Shown here one piece after another: positions 39,625 to 59,359 of a stretch of 64,000 bases of DNA. Position 1 is the stretch's first letter; each line of letters starts with the position of its first letter. The stretch is from Chrysomallon squamiferum (lineage: Eukaryota > Animalia > Mollusca): the NCBI GenBank assembly GCA_012295275.1, contig CM022677.1, forward strand, positions 21,576,001 through 21,640,000. The letters run 5' to 3'. Position numbers and translations under genes: made by a program. Below the pieces are notes generated by a model, which worked only from the letters and a program-made list of their open reading frames with translations, had not been told where the DNA came from and searched no databases.

Positions 39625-40318
39625 CAGTAGTAGTAGTAGTAGTAGTAGTACCGAGTAGTACTAGTAGTAGTGGCAATAGTAGAAGTAGTAATACTAGTTT
39701 TAATAGTACTATTGGTAGTAGCAGTAGTTGTAACAGTAGCTGTGAAAGTAACCCATTTTAAAAGAAAGGGTACTACAAAATTAAAGTAGTACCAGTAACT
39801 GAAGCAGTAGTTGAGAGTGAAACACATCCCTTTTAAAGTAACACACGTTACTGTGAAAATGACTGTTTCGTTTCCTTGCCAAATTGCTATGAACGAAAGA
39901 CAGACAGAGGAACACATCGCTCGAATACGTTCGTGTTAAAAAAGACATATTCTTAACGGAGTAGCTTCCCTTAATAGTTTGAGCGCAGACGATGAGCAAG
40001 ATGGCAAAATGTACTACTTTCCGTCCGTTACACGACGAAGGATTAAAGGAATTTGAAAGTTTCTTTTCCACTGCAAGGTGATCAAGCTAAAAGAAAATTG
40101 TATGTACTTATTTACTGTTTCCGTCTTTCCTACTAGACCTCCTTTTTATTTTTTTTTTTAAATTTTTTATTATTATTTGCTTATTTTACGAAAAATACTT
40201 TTAAAATAAATTATATATAGCTCGATTTTAAAAAAGATAAAAAATGAAAGAAAAGAAGAAAAAAAGAAGAAGAAGAAAACTCAAAAAGAAAAGAATGAAA
40301 AGAATTGATATTATAATT

Positions 40319-40377
<59 letters not shown>

Positions 40378-40971
40378 TAATTTATAACTCGGGCATTTGA
40401 TTATTTGTTTATTTATTTTTAATACAAATGTATAAGGAAAAACGCGACCATTTTCTGGTAGATAGGCAGTAAAAGTAATCATAACTATTAAAGAATAAAA
40501 ACCACGTAACAAACTGAAAATAACTGAAAATGGCGGAAATGTTTCAAAGTGTAGGAAAACCCTTGCTCGTTTTCACACAGATACATTTAGTGTCCAGTTC
40601 GAGCGCGACAGATTTTTGATGAAAATTTTTTTTTGGATGAAATAGTTTTGGATATTAAACCGACGAACAGCAACAAACCAGGAACTCGGATAGGTCTTAA
40701 GAATGATTTTTTTGTCTACTGGAATTCTCTGTTAAATAAAGGCTTGTTCTCGCAAAGCAACTAACTCGATCTTTCAAATTTAACTGAAAGTTCTATCAAG
40801 GTTTGAAGAAAAACTTTAATCATCTCGACAAGTTTATTCTATTCAGATGAAAACAAAGAAGATACTCCACCGAGTGTTAACTGTTTCACGAAATGTATTA
40901 CCACTACACGTTTCTATAACTTCGACAAGCTTATAGAGCGTAAATGTAGTCAACGACAGCAACACACACAC

Positions 40972-41020
<49 letters not shown>

Positions 41021-41295
41021 AAAATCGGTCACAGCGTTTCGACACGAAACAGCTCTGACGTCAGAGATTTATTCTGACGTATTTTATGCAAAAATATTTA
41101 TGCAAGATTTTTTTTACCAATTGCAAATCCTGTAATAAGTTCAATTTCACGTTAGTAAATATTTATCTAATTATATATAAAGGTAAAACAGAAAAAAAAA
41201 TATATAAAAAAGGAAGAAATAATAAAAGTAATAATAATAATACAGTCAGTATGTACGTATTTCTACACTTTATCTTTCTGTATCTTCCTCATACA

Positions 41296-41380
<85 letters not shown>

Positions 41381-41776
41381 TCTCTCTCTTCTGGTCAGAT
41401 AATCTCTAAAATGACCAATTTTAAATAATAAATATTCACATATTGTTTGAGAAAATCCCTCCTTTCTCCATCTGAATAAATACATGGATGGAATGATGGA
41501 TTGTATGGGCAGATGCATAGACAGACAGACAGACAGAGATAAATGCGTAGATAGATACTTAGATAGATAGAGAGATAGATGGACAGACAGATAGACATAT
41601 ATATATATATATATTATTATAACGAATATCCTTGTTATTCGCTTCATCATTAATAGAAAAGAAGATGAACATAAAAACCTGTGTCAAATTTCTTAATTGC
41701 TGCAAGGATTGCAGAATTCTGTAATTTCGACGTAACAATCAGCAAATGGGCATTCATTACCTTGCAGTACTCCTAA

Positions 41777-41834
<58 letters not shown>

Positions 41835-41863
41835 TGATCATGATGATAATAATAATAATGATG

Positions 41864-41900
<37 letters not shown>

Positions 41901-42041
41901 TAATAATAATAATAGCATTCCTATAGTAATAGTAGTTGTAGTAGTGATAATAATACCAACGATAAGAACACATATAATAGTAAAAATAAGAATATCAAGA
42001 ATAAAAATAATTACAATATGTAGCAACAGAACAACGAAAAC

Positions 42042-42075
<34 letters not shown>

Positions 42076-44387
42076 AATAATAATAATAATAATAATAAAT
42101 CTTCAATTTTATCATTTCTGCTAACAACTATCATATGTGTACTGCCTTTACTATTTTGCATATTAGAACTATGTCCTTACCAAAATGTATATTAGTACTA
42201 TAGCTTTATTAACTTGTATATTAGTATATATGTCCTTAATAACTTGTATATATCAGGGTGTATATTTAGTAACTTGTGTATCAATATGTACATCGTTAAA
42301 AACTCGTATATCAGAATTTGTATTTCTTTAATAACTGGTATCCAGGTGTGTGTATCTGTAGAAACTTGTAAATTAATATAAAGTCTTTGATAACTTGTAA
42401 ATCAGTGAGTATTACCCTTGCTTTGATCCAGCTAACATCAAATCCTTTCGGAGAAAACCAGTAACAAGCTTTGTGTATGTAATGGAAGCCATCCTTACAC
42501 TGTTCTGCACCTACAAAGACAAAATATTATTTGATAACAAATAATAAGGTAAGCAGTTACAGAGACAAATGTCACAGGGATATATGGAAACACTTGGCAA
42601 ATAAATGTTGCAATTACGTACAAGGTATGAAATACAAAGAATCTCACTGGATGTTGAATTCGTTTGTACACATTATTTCACTGTCACGGTTTCAAAGTCG
42701 TTACTTTAATGCCAATCGATGAAACGAAGGGTACAACTACCACAACGGCGAGAGAGGCTGAATAATGTGTGTGTGTGCACCAGCGGCAATAACGACAGCA
42801 TTACATCGTCGTCTCGAGGTGCATTAATCTCAGGAGCAGTAATTGCGTTCCATCCCCACTTCAGAGCAGTTTGTAGATCCTGGACATTAAAGATATGAGA
42901 ATGGATTTCTCGTACCCTACGGCTCAACTGGTGGCCACTTCAACACTTGGATGTGGTTCCGCTCAAGAAGATTAATGGTTCGCCTAGCGATATATGATGA
43001 ATTTGTAGATCAGTTTGTATATGATGAATTTGTATGATGAATTTGCTTCAGGAATGGAATGACCACTGGTGTGATGATCTCGTCGCAGTAACGTTGGGAA
43101 GTAATTTTCTCTGTGAGTGAAAACGAGATCTGTTTCGCCTCCACCATGAATGCTTGCCCAGACCATGACGCTGCCACCGCCGTATCGGTCGTGCAGAATG
43201 ACGTTGAACATAAAACCTGGATTTGTCTGTGACTAATGTCTCATCCCATTGTCTGCGTCACCAGTGTTGGTGAATTCTGGCACATCTCAGACGTCGCTGA
43301 ATGTGACGCGCTGTCAGGGGAAAATCAAAAACGGGGAGACGAGCTTGTAATCCAGGAGAATGGAGACGGTTGCGGACAGTTTGAGCACGAATTCTTGCTA
43401 AACGTGGCGCAGCCTGGAACTTGTGACGTCAAAATGACATGAAATCTTGTGGCTCTAGTTTGCTGCACAGTACGGACTATACGTGGAGCACATTCGGACG
43501 TTTGACGTCAAAATGACGTCACTGAATACTTGGAGATGGTTACGGACAGTTTGAGCATGAATTCTTGTGCCGCTGGTTTGCTAAACGTGGGGCTCCCTGG
43601 AACCTGTTACGTGAAAATGACGTCACTAAATACCTATCTTCTACTGGAGTAGTTAATCGTGGTCTACCGGAACGTGTTTGATCTCGCACTTGCGCAGTTT
43701 CCTGTGCCCGTTGTCGCTGTCGTGACGTGGTACTCTCATGAACATGAACGTACTGAGCGACGTCGTGTACGCGTTGGCCGACGTTAACTCGTCCCATTTC
43801 TTCACGACGTTGATTTTCCGTTAAGCCTGGACGGCGACACATTATAACAGGACACGTTCTCACTTTTGCTTTTGGATAATCCTGTTTCAGTGCATTAAAA
43901 TGTCATCTCAATGCACGTGCGGTACGTGCGATATGACAAATTGTTTTCTTTTCATTACCCATAACGGCAGATCATATATAGATATCGATATGTGTGTGTT
44001 TATATGTGTGTGGGTGTACGCGCGCGCGAGTACATAAGTACGTGTGTGTGTATATATATATATATATACGTATTTATGTATGTACGTAATATAGACCAAT
44101 ACCAACAAATATAGAGGCATGAAGTAAAAAAATAGATGGAAGAAAGAAAATCAGAGTACCAGACAAACAGATTACCATACAGATAAAAATAAGAAGAGAT
44201 GGAGACAGAAGATATGTTGTATATGTTCATGATCAAGGAAAGTGTGTGTGTGGAAATGTATAAGACAACAGACAGCCAGACAGACATACAAAGAGTTACA
44301 GATTTGGGTCTTAAAAGCAGAAAAATACTTACATGCATCATTGTAGCCAAAACAAAGAAGAAAGCAGAGAATATAAATAATCTTCAT
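39243..44387 (-). CDS. Secreted C-type lectin gene F (EPN/WID), 154 aa; exons 44387-44333, 42510-42416, 41772-41679, 39463-39243
   Basis: MKIIYILCFLLCFGYNDACAEQCKDGFHYIHKACYWFSPKGFDVSWIKAR-EYCKVMNAHLLIVTSKLQNSAILAAIKKFDT-AKFHYMGATDIEVEGNFMW...EPNNAGGREHCLQLWKGGKWIDVPCDLKIGFICQYSP*; open frame. Confidence 0.9.
42590..43950 (-). mobile_element. Degenerate Tc1 transposon in intron 1 of gene F
   Basis: HTH (RDQTRSGRPRLTTPVEDRYLVTSFSRNRF), DDE-domain segment HDRYGGGSVMVW..I...G.TDLV and C-terminal SRRVRE...NVQDLQTAL...WNAI, split by frameshifts and internal duplications. Confidence 0.9.
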
Positions 44388-45297
44388 TTCTTCCTACTTT
44401 TCCAAAACTTTAACAGATGCAGAGACAAACAGTCAGTCGACTGGTTTAGGAAATGTTCTGACAATTTCTTGCAATCCCACACAGATGGATTTACCTCGAA
44501 TGAATAAATATTTTTCTCCGTTTTAAAATAGTCGGCTCGGTGTGGTAATTTATCATAATGATCTACACTGTTCCTGCACTTCTTTTTTTTTTTCTTTTTT
44601 TTTTTTATGATTTGTGTTTTTCAGTCATCTTGCATTTCAATACAAAGAAAAAGAAAAAGATTCATCATACGAAAGTTGCAATGGTAATGATTATGATGAT
44701 GATTCGATGCACAACTACACAGAGAGGTAAATGATTATGATGATGATGATGATAAAAGTAACAATGGGGATGATAATCATTATTATAATAATTATTATGA
44801 TGACTTTATTCTTTTCTGTTGTACATTTTCGACAAATAGCAGTATATCCTGTCTGTGTGTATGTCTGTCTATATATCTGTTTAGCTGATATATATATATA
44901 TATATCCTAATATCAATATCTATGTTCATCTGCTTGTCTCTGAATCAAACATTATATTATTTGTTCTATTTTTATACTGAAGTGATAGTAGTAGCAGTAG
45001 CAGTAGTAGTAGTAGTAGCAGTAGTAGTAGCAGTAGTAGTAGTAACTACAGCTGACACACCATGCACTATATGTTTGTTTTAATTATTATTATGCTTATA
45101 TTACAATATAGGCTGAACTTGACATGAATTCCTGCTGAGTTTAACATAGAAATATTGTGTAGTATTACAAATATACTCCACGATTCATTATGTTTGTTGT
45201 TGTTGTTATTATCTTTCTTGTTATTATTAGTAGTAATTTATTGTTATCATTTTTATTATTATTATTATTATCATCATCATTATCTTCATCATCATCA

Positions 45298-45332
<35 letters not shown>

Positions 45333-46378
45333 ACTATTAATTTATTATTACTATTATTATTATTATAATTATTAGTATTAATGACAGCAGAGCAATTTTA
45401 TGTTTAATAACTATTAGGACCTATAGTTAGTAGGTCTAAAAACTATAATCTCTCTGTCAGCACGTGTATGTTAGTCTGTACGTGTTTGTGTGTGTCGACA
45501 CATAACATAGAACGACAGACAATCAGCTTCATATATAGATAGACTGGTAGAAAGAGACCAATGACAAAAACACTCACACACACACACAGACACACAGACA
45601 CACACGTAGAAATAGAGAGAGGCATGCCATATAGTGATAGAGATAGACGTACAGGTAGAAAAGTATGATTAAATACAGAGCTGTATAAAATGATAAATAA
45701 TTATGATGATGATGAAGATGATGATAATGATTTTTTCTGTTCTACATTTTCAACAAAATGCTACGTGTACAATACTTACAGATTCGCCTGTACTTCATTC
45801 CATATAATAATAAAAAGAACATTATCAATGAAAAATGGATAAAAAATGCCACCATTAAATATGTTTTGAATTTAATATATATATGTTTTAAATTTTTTAA
45901 ATATCTCGTTATGTATATTATGTATATGTGTGTTCATATTTTTCTGTGCGCGTGTGCGCGCGCATTTGTGTTTCAGTTCGTGTGTTTGTGTGCGTGTGTG
46001 TGTGTGTCTGGATAGATAAAGATAAATATAGATATTGTGGACGCTTATTACATCCTTTGAAGAAACAATAGCTATATAATAATAATAATAATAATAATAG
46101 CTTATGTGATAAGGTAATTCTGTTAACTGACTGAGTATTGTTTTGTCAACAATGTTCTGCTGTTGACATTCTTCGAAATGTGCTCAGTTGTCCTTACAAT
46201 CAACACTGACGACCTTCCAGAGAAAAAACTGCTGTTTGACTTCTCCAACACTTTCTCCCAGACAAAACGTTCTCCAGATAACTTGTCATCGTGGAGAAAC
46301 TAAAGAAGTTTGGCTTCCTGTGACACCTTGACCTTCTGCACTCTGATAGGATCAACAGAGTAACTCGAATGTAGCAGT

Positions 46379-46504
46379 CTACCTTTTTACTAAATAGCAC
46401 TGGGCTGCCTTGCGAAGTGTTCTTTTCTGCTGTTTGGAGAAATCCTCAGGGTATTTACCTTCAGTTACATAGACCGAGACCCTGTTGAACTCTGTGTCTT
46501 CCAT
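46379..46504 (-). mobile_element. Probable GIN1/Ginger-like fragment, copy 2
   Basis: Duplicate of 36322-36447. Confidence 0.45.
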
Positions 46505-47634
46505 TTGCAAAGGACAGGTAACTGGGAGTCCAATTTATAGCAAAATCTAACTGAAGTTAATCATAAGTATGCTTTGAAATGTGCAGGGTGTCAAAGACTG
46601 GACAATTTGTAGCAACTATTTGAAATAGCACTCTATATATTGAGTTACTCCAGTACATTTCAAATGCATACTTTGGATATTTTCGAATGTGTGTGTCAGT
46701 GTGTTTGTGTGCCTTTGTGTGTATGTGTCTGAGTTATTGTCAAAGTGTAACCACAACAGGAAAATAGTGCAGAAAATCGCTGAAGAAATACAACTTAGTT
46801 CACTCAAATTAATTAGAATATTATAAACTGATGATTTTAAAACCTAATCAAATGAGGAAAAAATACATGTTCACCATTTCCAGATAATTCTTTTTATCTA
46901 TTAGTAAAATAAATGTACTTGTATTTTATGACCAACGTAAGTTTTATTCATGTACATCGAAACGACCACTTTTATGTCTGATTTTATAACCGCTCCAGTG
47001 TGTTCATTACAAACGAACTTAGTTTTATTATCCTCTTTCCATACAATAGTTATATATTATAATATTCACGATGATGAGGTATTTGAAAAACACACTGTAT
47101 AGAACTTGCTGAGCCTTTTATTGTGTGGCTGCGTGTGTGTGTGTGTTGTGTGTGTATGTATGTCTGTGTATGTGGGTGTGTATGTGTAATTGTGTGTGAT
47201 TTAATGTTCGTCTGTGTCTTAGTGTGTATGTGTGTTTGTGTGTACATGTGTGTATGTGTGTGTATGTGTGTGTGTATGTGTGTGCGTGTATGTGTGTTTA
47301 TGTGTGCGTGTGGATATGTGTGTATGTGTGTGTATGTGAGCGTGTGTTTGTGTTTGATAGAGAGAAAGATAGAGAAGGGGAGGAAGCAGGCACGCGGGGG
47401 GAGGGAGGCTTCCTACAGATTTTACTTCATTTATTTTATTTTTATTATTATTGTTATTTTTTAAATAAGTTTCAAAGTTACATCCGAAAGAAACAGCCGT
47501 CCTTAGCCGAAACAAGAATACTAAATATTAGTAAATCAAAAGAAAAAAAATTATATGTCTCTAAAATAATTTTTGAGGAGGTGATTTCACATGAACGTTT
47601 TACTTCATTTGAATTCATTTCATTATTTATCTAT

Positions 47635-47665
<31 letters not shown>

Positions 47666-48059
47666 TATCAAGTTTAAAATATCAAATGTATATAGCGATT
47701 TTCTGCACTGTTTTACTCTTGTGCAATAACACACACACGCACACCCACACAAAAAGTCACACACACACGGACACACACTCCAAAAGGCACACGCACACAC
47801 ACACACAAAAAGGCACACACAAAAAGGCACACACACACACACACACACGGGGTCACACACACAAAGACACATATATATACACACGCATTATATATACAGA
47901 ATATTTCTTTCCCTGTCCATGTATATCTCTTTGTAACTGGGTATCTACTATTGTTTCAAAAAAGTAATATTTAGGCAATGTATATACAAAATATTTGTTT
48001 CTCTATCCATCTGTCGGTCTTTGTAACTGCGTATCTATGTTTGTCTAAAGAAGTAATAT

Positions 48060-48152
48060 GTACACCACTGTAGGGATGTCTTCTTTCCTTTATACAAGAA
48101 CTGTTACTGGATTTCTCCAAATAACGTTTCCGCTGGATCGATCGAAGCAGTA
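48060..48152 (+). pseudogene. Orphan lectin exon-2 pseudo-exon, copy 4
   Basis: VHHCRDVFFPLYKNCYWISPNNVSAGSIEAV, no acceptor. Confidence 0.8.
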
Positions 48153-49323
48153 GTAATATATACCGACATATAATTTATGAGAGAATTTCTGCTTTTAAAG
48201 ATACTCACTTACTTACCAGTTATTAAATAGACACGAATACTGACATACGAGTTATTAGAGACATACATATTAATCTATAAGTTACTAGATATACATTCTG
48301 ATATATACATGTCTCTGAAGAGATATATAATAATATAGAAGTTACTAAAGATATACTACTTAGATACAAGTTAGTAAACATATTGATGTAATATACAGTT
48401 GATTAAAGACATAGTATACTACTAATGTAAAAGTTACTAAACATCTTGTTGTAACATACAGTTGATTAAAGACATAGTTGTTGCTCATTGTGTTTCGTTG
48501 CTATTACTAGTATTGTTGTAATTATTATTATTGTTATTTGTCGCTTATTATTGTTATTGTTGTTGTTCGTTCTGTTATTGTTATATTTGGTATTATTATT
48601 ACTACTCTTGATGTAGTTGTTATTATTCGTAGATGCAGTAGTAGTACTGGTGTTGTTGTTTGTGCTGTTATTGTTATATTTGGTATTATTATTACTACTC
48701 TTCATGTAGTTGTTATTATTCGTAGATGCAGTAGTAGAACTGGTCTTGTTGTTTTGCTACTACTTGTATTATTGTAATTTTTAATTATTCTTTTTGCAGC
48801 TATTTCATCTTTATCAATATTACAATTAATTTTATAATAATAATTATTATTATTATTATTATTGTTACTCCTCTCCTTTCTTGGTCTTTCGTTTTTTTAA
48901 GTCCGTTTTGTTTTCGTGGAAAATCTGGTTCTGAGGGGTTTCACTGTGCTAATTAATTCACTTACTTTATTGAAACTTTCTTTTAATTGTGCTCAACAGC
49001 TTCTCTGCAGTGTTTCCTACAATTTAATTATCGTTGCGAAAATATTATATACCAGACTGCATTTAGCCTCAGAGTTGTAAGAAAACATCTGGCAGTTAAC
49101 CAACCAATTCTTTGTCACACATTTGACGTGGCTACATGGCCTAAATTTCAACTCTATTAAAAATGTTTCGCTACCAATAACATTTTTTAAATCAGAATTA
49201 TTTTTCATTCGCTTTCCGCGTGATTCAGGTTTGTAAGTTTTTTTTTTTTCAAAAGACTACTATAACATTAAAAATTCAATTACAATTTATTTTTATTTAT
49301 TTTTTGTCATTAAACAAATTTCA

Positions 49324-54288
<4,965 letters not shown>

Positions 54289-54485
54289 TTCTTCCTACTT
54301 TTCCAAAACTTTAACAGATGCAGAGACAAACAGTCAGTCGACTGGTTTAGGAAATGTTCTGACAATTTCTTGCAATCCCACACAGATGGATTTACCTCGA
54401 ATGAATAAATATTTTTCTCCGTTTTAAAATAGTCGGCTCGGTGTGGTAATTTATCATAATGATCTACACTGTTCCTGCACTTCTG

Positions 54486-54517
<32 letters not shown>

Positions 54518-54785
54518 ATTTTGTTTTTTCAGTCATCTTGCATTTCAATACAAAGAAAAAGAAAAAGATTCATCATACGAAAGTTGCAATGGTAATGATT
54601 ATGATGATGATTCGATGCACAACTACACAGAGAGGTAAATGATTATGATGATGATGATAAAAGTAATAATGGGGATGATAATCATTATTATAATAATTCT
54701 TATGATGACTTTATTCTTTTCTGTTGTACATTTTCGACAAATAGCAGGATATCCTGTCTGTGTGTCTGTCTATATACCTGTTTAG

Positions 54786-54838
<53 letters not shown>

Positions 54839-55170
54839 TAATATCAATATCTATGTTCATCTGCTTGTCTCTGAATCAAATATTATATTATTTGTTCTAT
54901 TTTTATACTGAAGTGTAAAGTCGTATCTGAAGTGATAGTAGTAGCAGTAGCAGTAGTAGTAGTAGTAGTAGTAGTAGTAGCAGTAGTAGTAGTAACTACA
55001 GCTGACACACCATGCACTATATGTTTATTTTAATTATTATTATGCTTCTATTACAATACAGGCTGAACTTGACATGAATTCCTGATGAGTTTAACATAGA
55101 TATATTGTGTAGTATTACAAATATACTGCACGATCCATTATGTTTGTTGTTGTTGTTATTATAATTTTTC

Positions 55171-55260
<90 letters not shown>

Positions 55261-55614
55261 ACAGCAGAGGAATTTCATGTTTAATAACACTTAGGATCGT
55301 ATAGTTAGTGGGTCTAAAAACTATAATCTCTCTGCCAACACCTGTATGTTTGTCTGTATGTGTTTGTGTGTCGACACATAACATTTGGAATGTACATTTT
55401 GGATATCGTTGAATGTGAATTTAAATCTAACGTCTTGAAATGACAGAAGATACGCACGTACATTTGGGATATTTTAAATGTTGTTTGTTTATCTATTTTC
55501 TTAAAATGTGAGATGCTTATACAAATAGATTTTGGATATTTTAAATCACTATTCCTTTTTTATAATATAAGAAGGTGATTCCAGTAAATTTTAGGTATTT
55601 AAAAATGATAATTT

Positions 55615-55656
<42 letters not shown>

Positions 55657-56490
55657 CTTGAAATATAACTTAGTTCACACAAATTCATTAGAATATTATA
55701 AAGTTTAGCTTTTGAAACCTAACGTAGTGATGAGAAAATAAATTTTGACCATTTCCAGATAATTCTTTTTGTGTATTAGTAAAATAAATGTACTTGTATT
55801 TTACGACAAACATTAGTTTTATGCATGCAGATCCAAATTACCAATTTTATGTTTCATTTTATAACCACACCAGTATGTTCATTAGAAATGAACTTAGTTT
55901 TATTATCCTCTTTCCACACAATTGTAATATGTCATAATATTCACGATGATGACGTGTTTAAAAAAACGCACTGTATAGAAATTGCTGAGCCTTTTTATTG
56001 TGTGTGTGCGTGCGTGTGTGTGTGTATTTGTGTATGTGTGTGTGCGTGCGTGTTTGTGTGTGAATGTGTGTGATTGCGTGCGTGCGTGTGTATGTGTGTG
56101 TGTGCGTGCGTGTGTTTGTGTTTGATAGAGAGAAAGATGAATACGGTGTGCAGCCAGGCAGGCAGAGGGAGGGAGGCTTCCTACAGATTTTACTTCATTA
56201 ATTTTATTTTTATTATTATTGTTATTTTTCAGATAAGTTTCAAAGTTACATCCGAATGAAACAGCAGTCCTATACATTTTGATTGTATATAGTGATTTTC
56301 TGCACTGTTTAACTGTTGTGCAGTAACACACACACGCACACACACACACACACACAAAGGCACACACACACACACACGGGGACACACACGCACACATATA
56401 CATATACATTATATATACAAAATATTTGTTTGTCTATCAATCTATCTGTCTTTGTAACTGCGTATCTACGTTTCTGTAAAGAAGTAATAT

Positions 56491-56583
56491 GTACACCATT
56501 GTAGCGATGTCTTCGTTCCTTTATACAAGAACTGTTACTGGTTTTCTCCAAATAAGGTTTCCGCTAGCTCGATCGAAGCAATG
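56491..56583 (+). pseudogene. Orphan lectin exon-2 pseudo-exon, copy 5
   Basis: VHHCSDVFVPLYKNCYWFSPNKVSASSIEAM followed by GTAATG; no acceptor. Confidence 0.8.
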
Positions 56584-57086
56584 GTAATGCATACCGACGA
56601 GAATTTCAGCTTTTAAAGATACTCACTTACTTACCAGTTATTAAACAAATACGAATACTGATACACGAGTTATTAAAGACATACATATTAATCTATAATT
56701 ACTAGGTATACATTCTGATATAAACAAGTCACTACATTACAAACGAACGTCACGATTTAGCTTAACTTGATATACTGGTCATGCAAGCATCGTCAGAGAA
56801 ATAAAATATTTACGCTTATATTTACTGCACTGTGAACATTACTTATTATTATTATTTTTGTTGTTGATGTTGTGTTTGATGCTGTTGTTGTTCTTGCTGC
56901 TATTATTATTATTATTGTTGTTGTTGTTGTTATACACATATAACAATGCAATCTAGTAGTACTCAGTGTATTGAATTGTTGTAATCAGTTTTAGAGAAGG
57001 TTTCTGTAAGATGAGTATACATATATCTCGTAGCACGATTTCTTTATTTTATTCTGACATTGAAACCTAACAACGTGACACTTGAT

Positions 57087-57315
57087 CAGTGTCGTGTGGA
57101 GGTCTGGTGAAGCCCGGGGCCAACTCCTTGATTGTAATTCCCAAAGATTCAAGTACAAGGCCTAGCACTGAGGAATAGTATGAGAAAGAAAGATATTTTG
57201 AATATGTAAACACAGATGAAACAGAAAATAAACACTTTATTCGATTTAAATATAAATGCCCATATTGGATTCCCGTTGCCAGAGCCCCTTCGGCCCCCAT
57301 CTCTGCACGCCACTG
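57087..57315. mobile_element. Non-autonomous hAT-type MITE (229 bp)
   Basis: Perfect 8-bp target-site duplication CACTTGAT (57079-57086 and 57316-57323); imperfect TIRs CAGTGTCGTGTGGAG versus the reverse complement CAGTGGCGTGCAGAG. Confidence 0.85.
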
Positions 57316-57354
57316 CACTTGATGAAGTGTAAAATATTTGTCCTTTATAAACAG

Positions 57355-57926
57355 ATATCTTTATACGGATGACGTCATCCTAACAGGCAACAACCATATC
57401 CGGTATGCTGTATCTATCGAAGAAGTACATCATCATCGCCGCTATGAAGTGGGCTGACAGCGCGTGCAGGAAACAACGGAAGACGAGGAGTGGATAGAAC
57501 AGACGCGAAGTCCTTGGAGCGATCGTGAATCACGTGCGTTATCCATTACTGGATCATCAGAGTTATTTTGTAAAACACGTGACACCTACTCACATGCTCA
57601 CTGAGACAGAAGGATTCAAGATTTTCAAAAATATGGTGAGCAGTGAGGAAGATGTTTCACCTTTTAACTCAAACATGAGTGCTGGAATGTTTAGTAAAAC
57701 ACAGATTACAATAAACAGGTTTGGTAGGTATGGTGTAGAATTTGGTCCCTGGTCATGTTCTGGTAAAAAAGTTGAACCATTACTTTGTCTGTCAACAAAA
57801 ACGCTTTACTTCGCGGATTTCAGTTGTACAGTTAACGTTATCCACAAAACTACGACATCGTCGCCTTCGTCACTGACACAAGAACAGACGAAAAAAACAA
57901 CATCGTTCAAATACTGTCACTTTTAG
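57355..57926 (+). pseudogene. BTB-BACK-PHR (BTBD1/2/3/6-like) pseudogene fragment
   Basis: After acceptor ataaacAG: YLYTDDVILTGNN [frameshift] ISGMLYLSKKYI (BTB end), joined to IIAAMKWADSACRKQRKTRSG*NRREVLGAIVNHVRYPLL...MLTETEGFKIF (BACK end; TAG at 57495), then INRFGRYGVEFGPWSCSGKKVEPL (PHR-like start). Confidence 0.75.
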
Positions 57927-58843
57927 TCATCACTGGGATAATATTTTAATTTTAATTTTAATTTATTTATTTATTTGATTTTATTTGATTTATTTATTTA
58001 TATTTGTTTACGTTTTGTATTTCGGATGACGTCAGACAGCAGTGACAACGTCATACACACTTGATTTGAACATTTCTAATGGAATTATTTCGGTCAAACA
58101 GATACATGTATAATGCATATAGAGAACTCATTCTTGTATTTATTTATATATATTTATTTTATTTTTATTTTTTATTTTTTTTTTTTTATTTCTTTGTATA
58201 TGAAACGAAATATGAAGACAAATTATATTCGTGTTTTCAGTTTGATTTCACATACAATTATATGTTGTTTCATGTGTGCCTTTTTGGTTTCGCTTTAAAA
58301 TGTATACAAAAAATAAAATGTAGATAAATTATAGATGTACTTTCTGATTGTAGGACATCAAAATAAGAACCGTTATTTGATTTATTTATCTATTTTCTTT
58401 TACTAAGATTTATATAAAATACGTAAGTAACTTATACTAAGTTTAGTATTTACTGGACATAAAATTAGCAACTTTTGGTTTGTTGCAGATTAATACAAAT
58501 TAAAAAAAAAAACTTTTTATGAATTTTGTGTTTAATTTTTGTGTTTAATTTGTGTTTAAAATGTAAAGATGAATTATACAGATACATGAATAAATATATC
58601 AAGTATTATTATTTATTTGTTTGTTATACTTTTCTTTAATTTATGCACACACTGTATAATAGACAAAACTGTAAAACATGAACTGATGCTTTGAGGCAGG
58701 ATTTCCTGTGGAAATTTGTATATTGGGTTTTTCCACTGTTTTAATAAAATTTCACTTTTCTTACGTAGTATTTTCAGTAAAATTAATTATTAATGAAGCA
58801 GACTGGTTGAATCAGAAAATATGCAACCTGCGACATTAAACAG

Positions 58844-58904
<61 letters not shown>

Positions 58905-58942
58905 TAGCTTGCTTTAGGTTTCACTGATCATAAGTTAACTTA

Positions 58943-58974
<32 letters not shown>

Positions 58975-59359
58975 ATCCACGTGAAGATAATAATAATTTT
59001 ACTTTGTTTTTGTTATAAAATGAAATGTTAAAACAAAAACAAAATGGACTTTAGAAAACGAGAGTCACAAATTTTGTTTAAATTTGTTTTCTGCTGATGT
59101 AAGAAAACATCTGACAGTTAACCAAACAATTCTTTATCACAGGCTCTACATGGCCAGATGTCCTAAAATTCTTATCTACCAAAAGTTTTTTCTACCAATA
59201 ATATTCTTATTTCCGAATTATTTTCTCCGCGGTGCGTGACACTGACATAAAAAACAAAAAACAACAACAATACCATGGTAATTTTTAAAAGATTAGAGTA
59301 AAATTAAATTTAATTATAATTAATTTCTTGTCATTTAACAAAATGTCAGACAAATTTGT

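Noticed and set aside
42590-43950. Possible active transposase
   Set aside because: Fragmented across frames with deletions and duplications; no intact DDE ORF or clear TIR pair identified.
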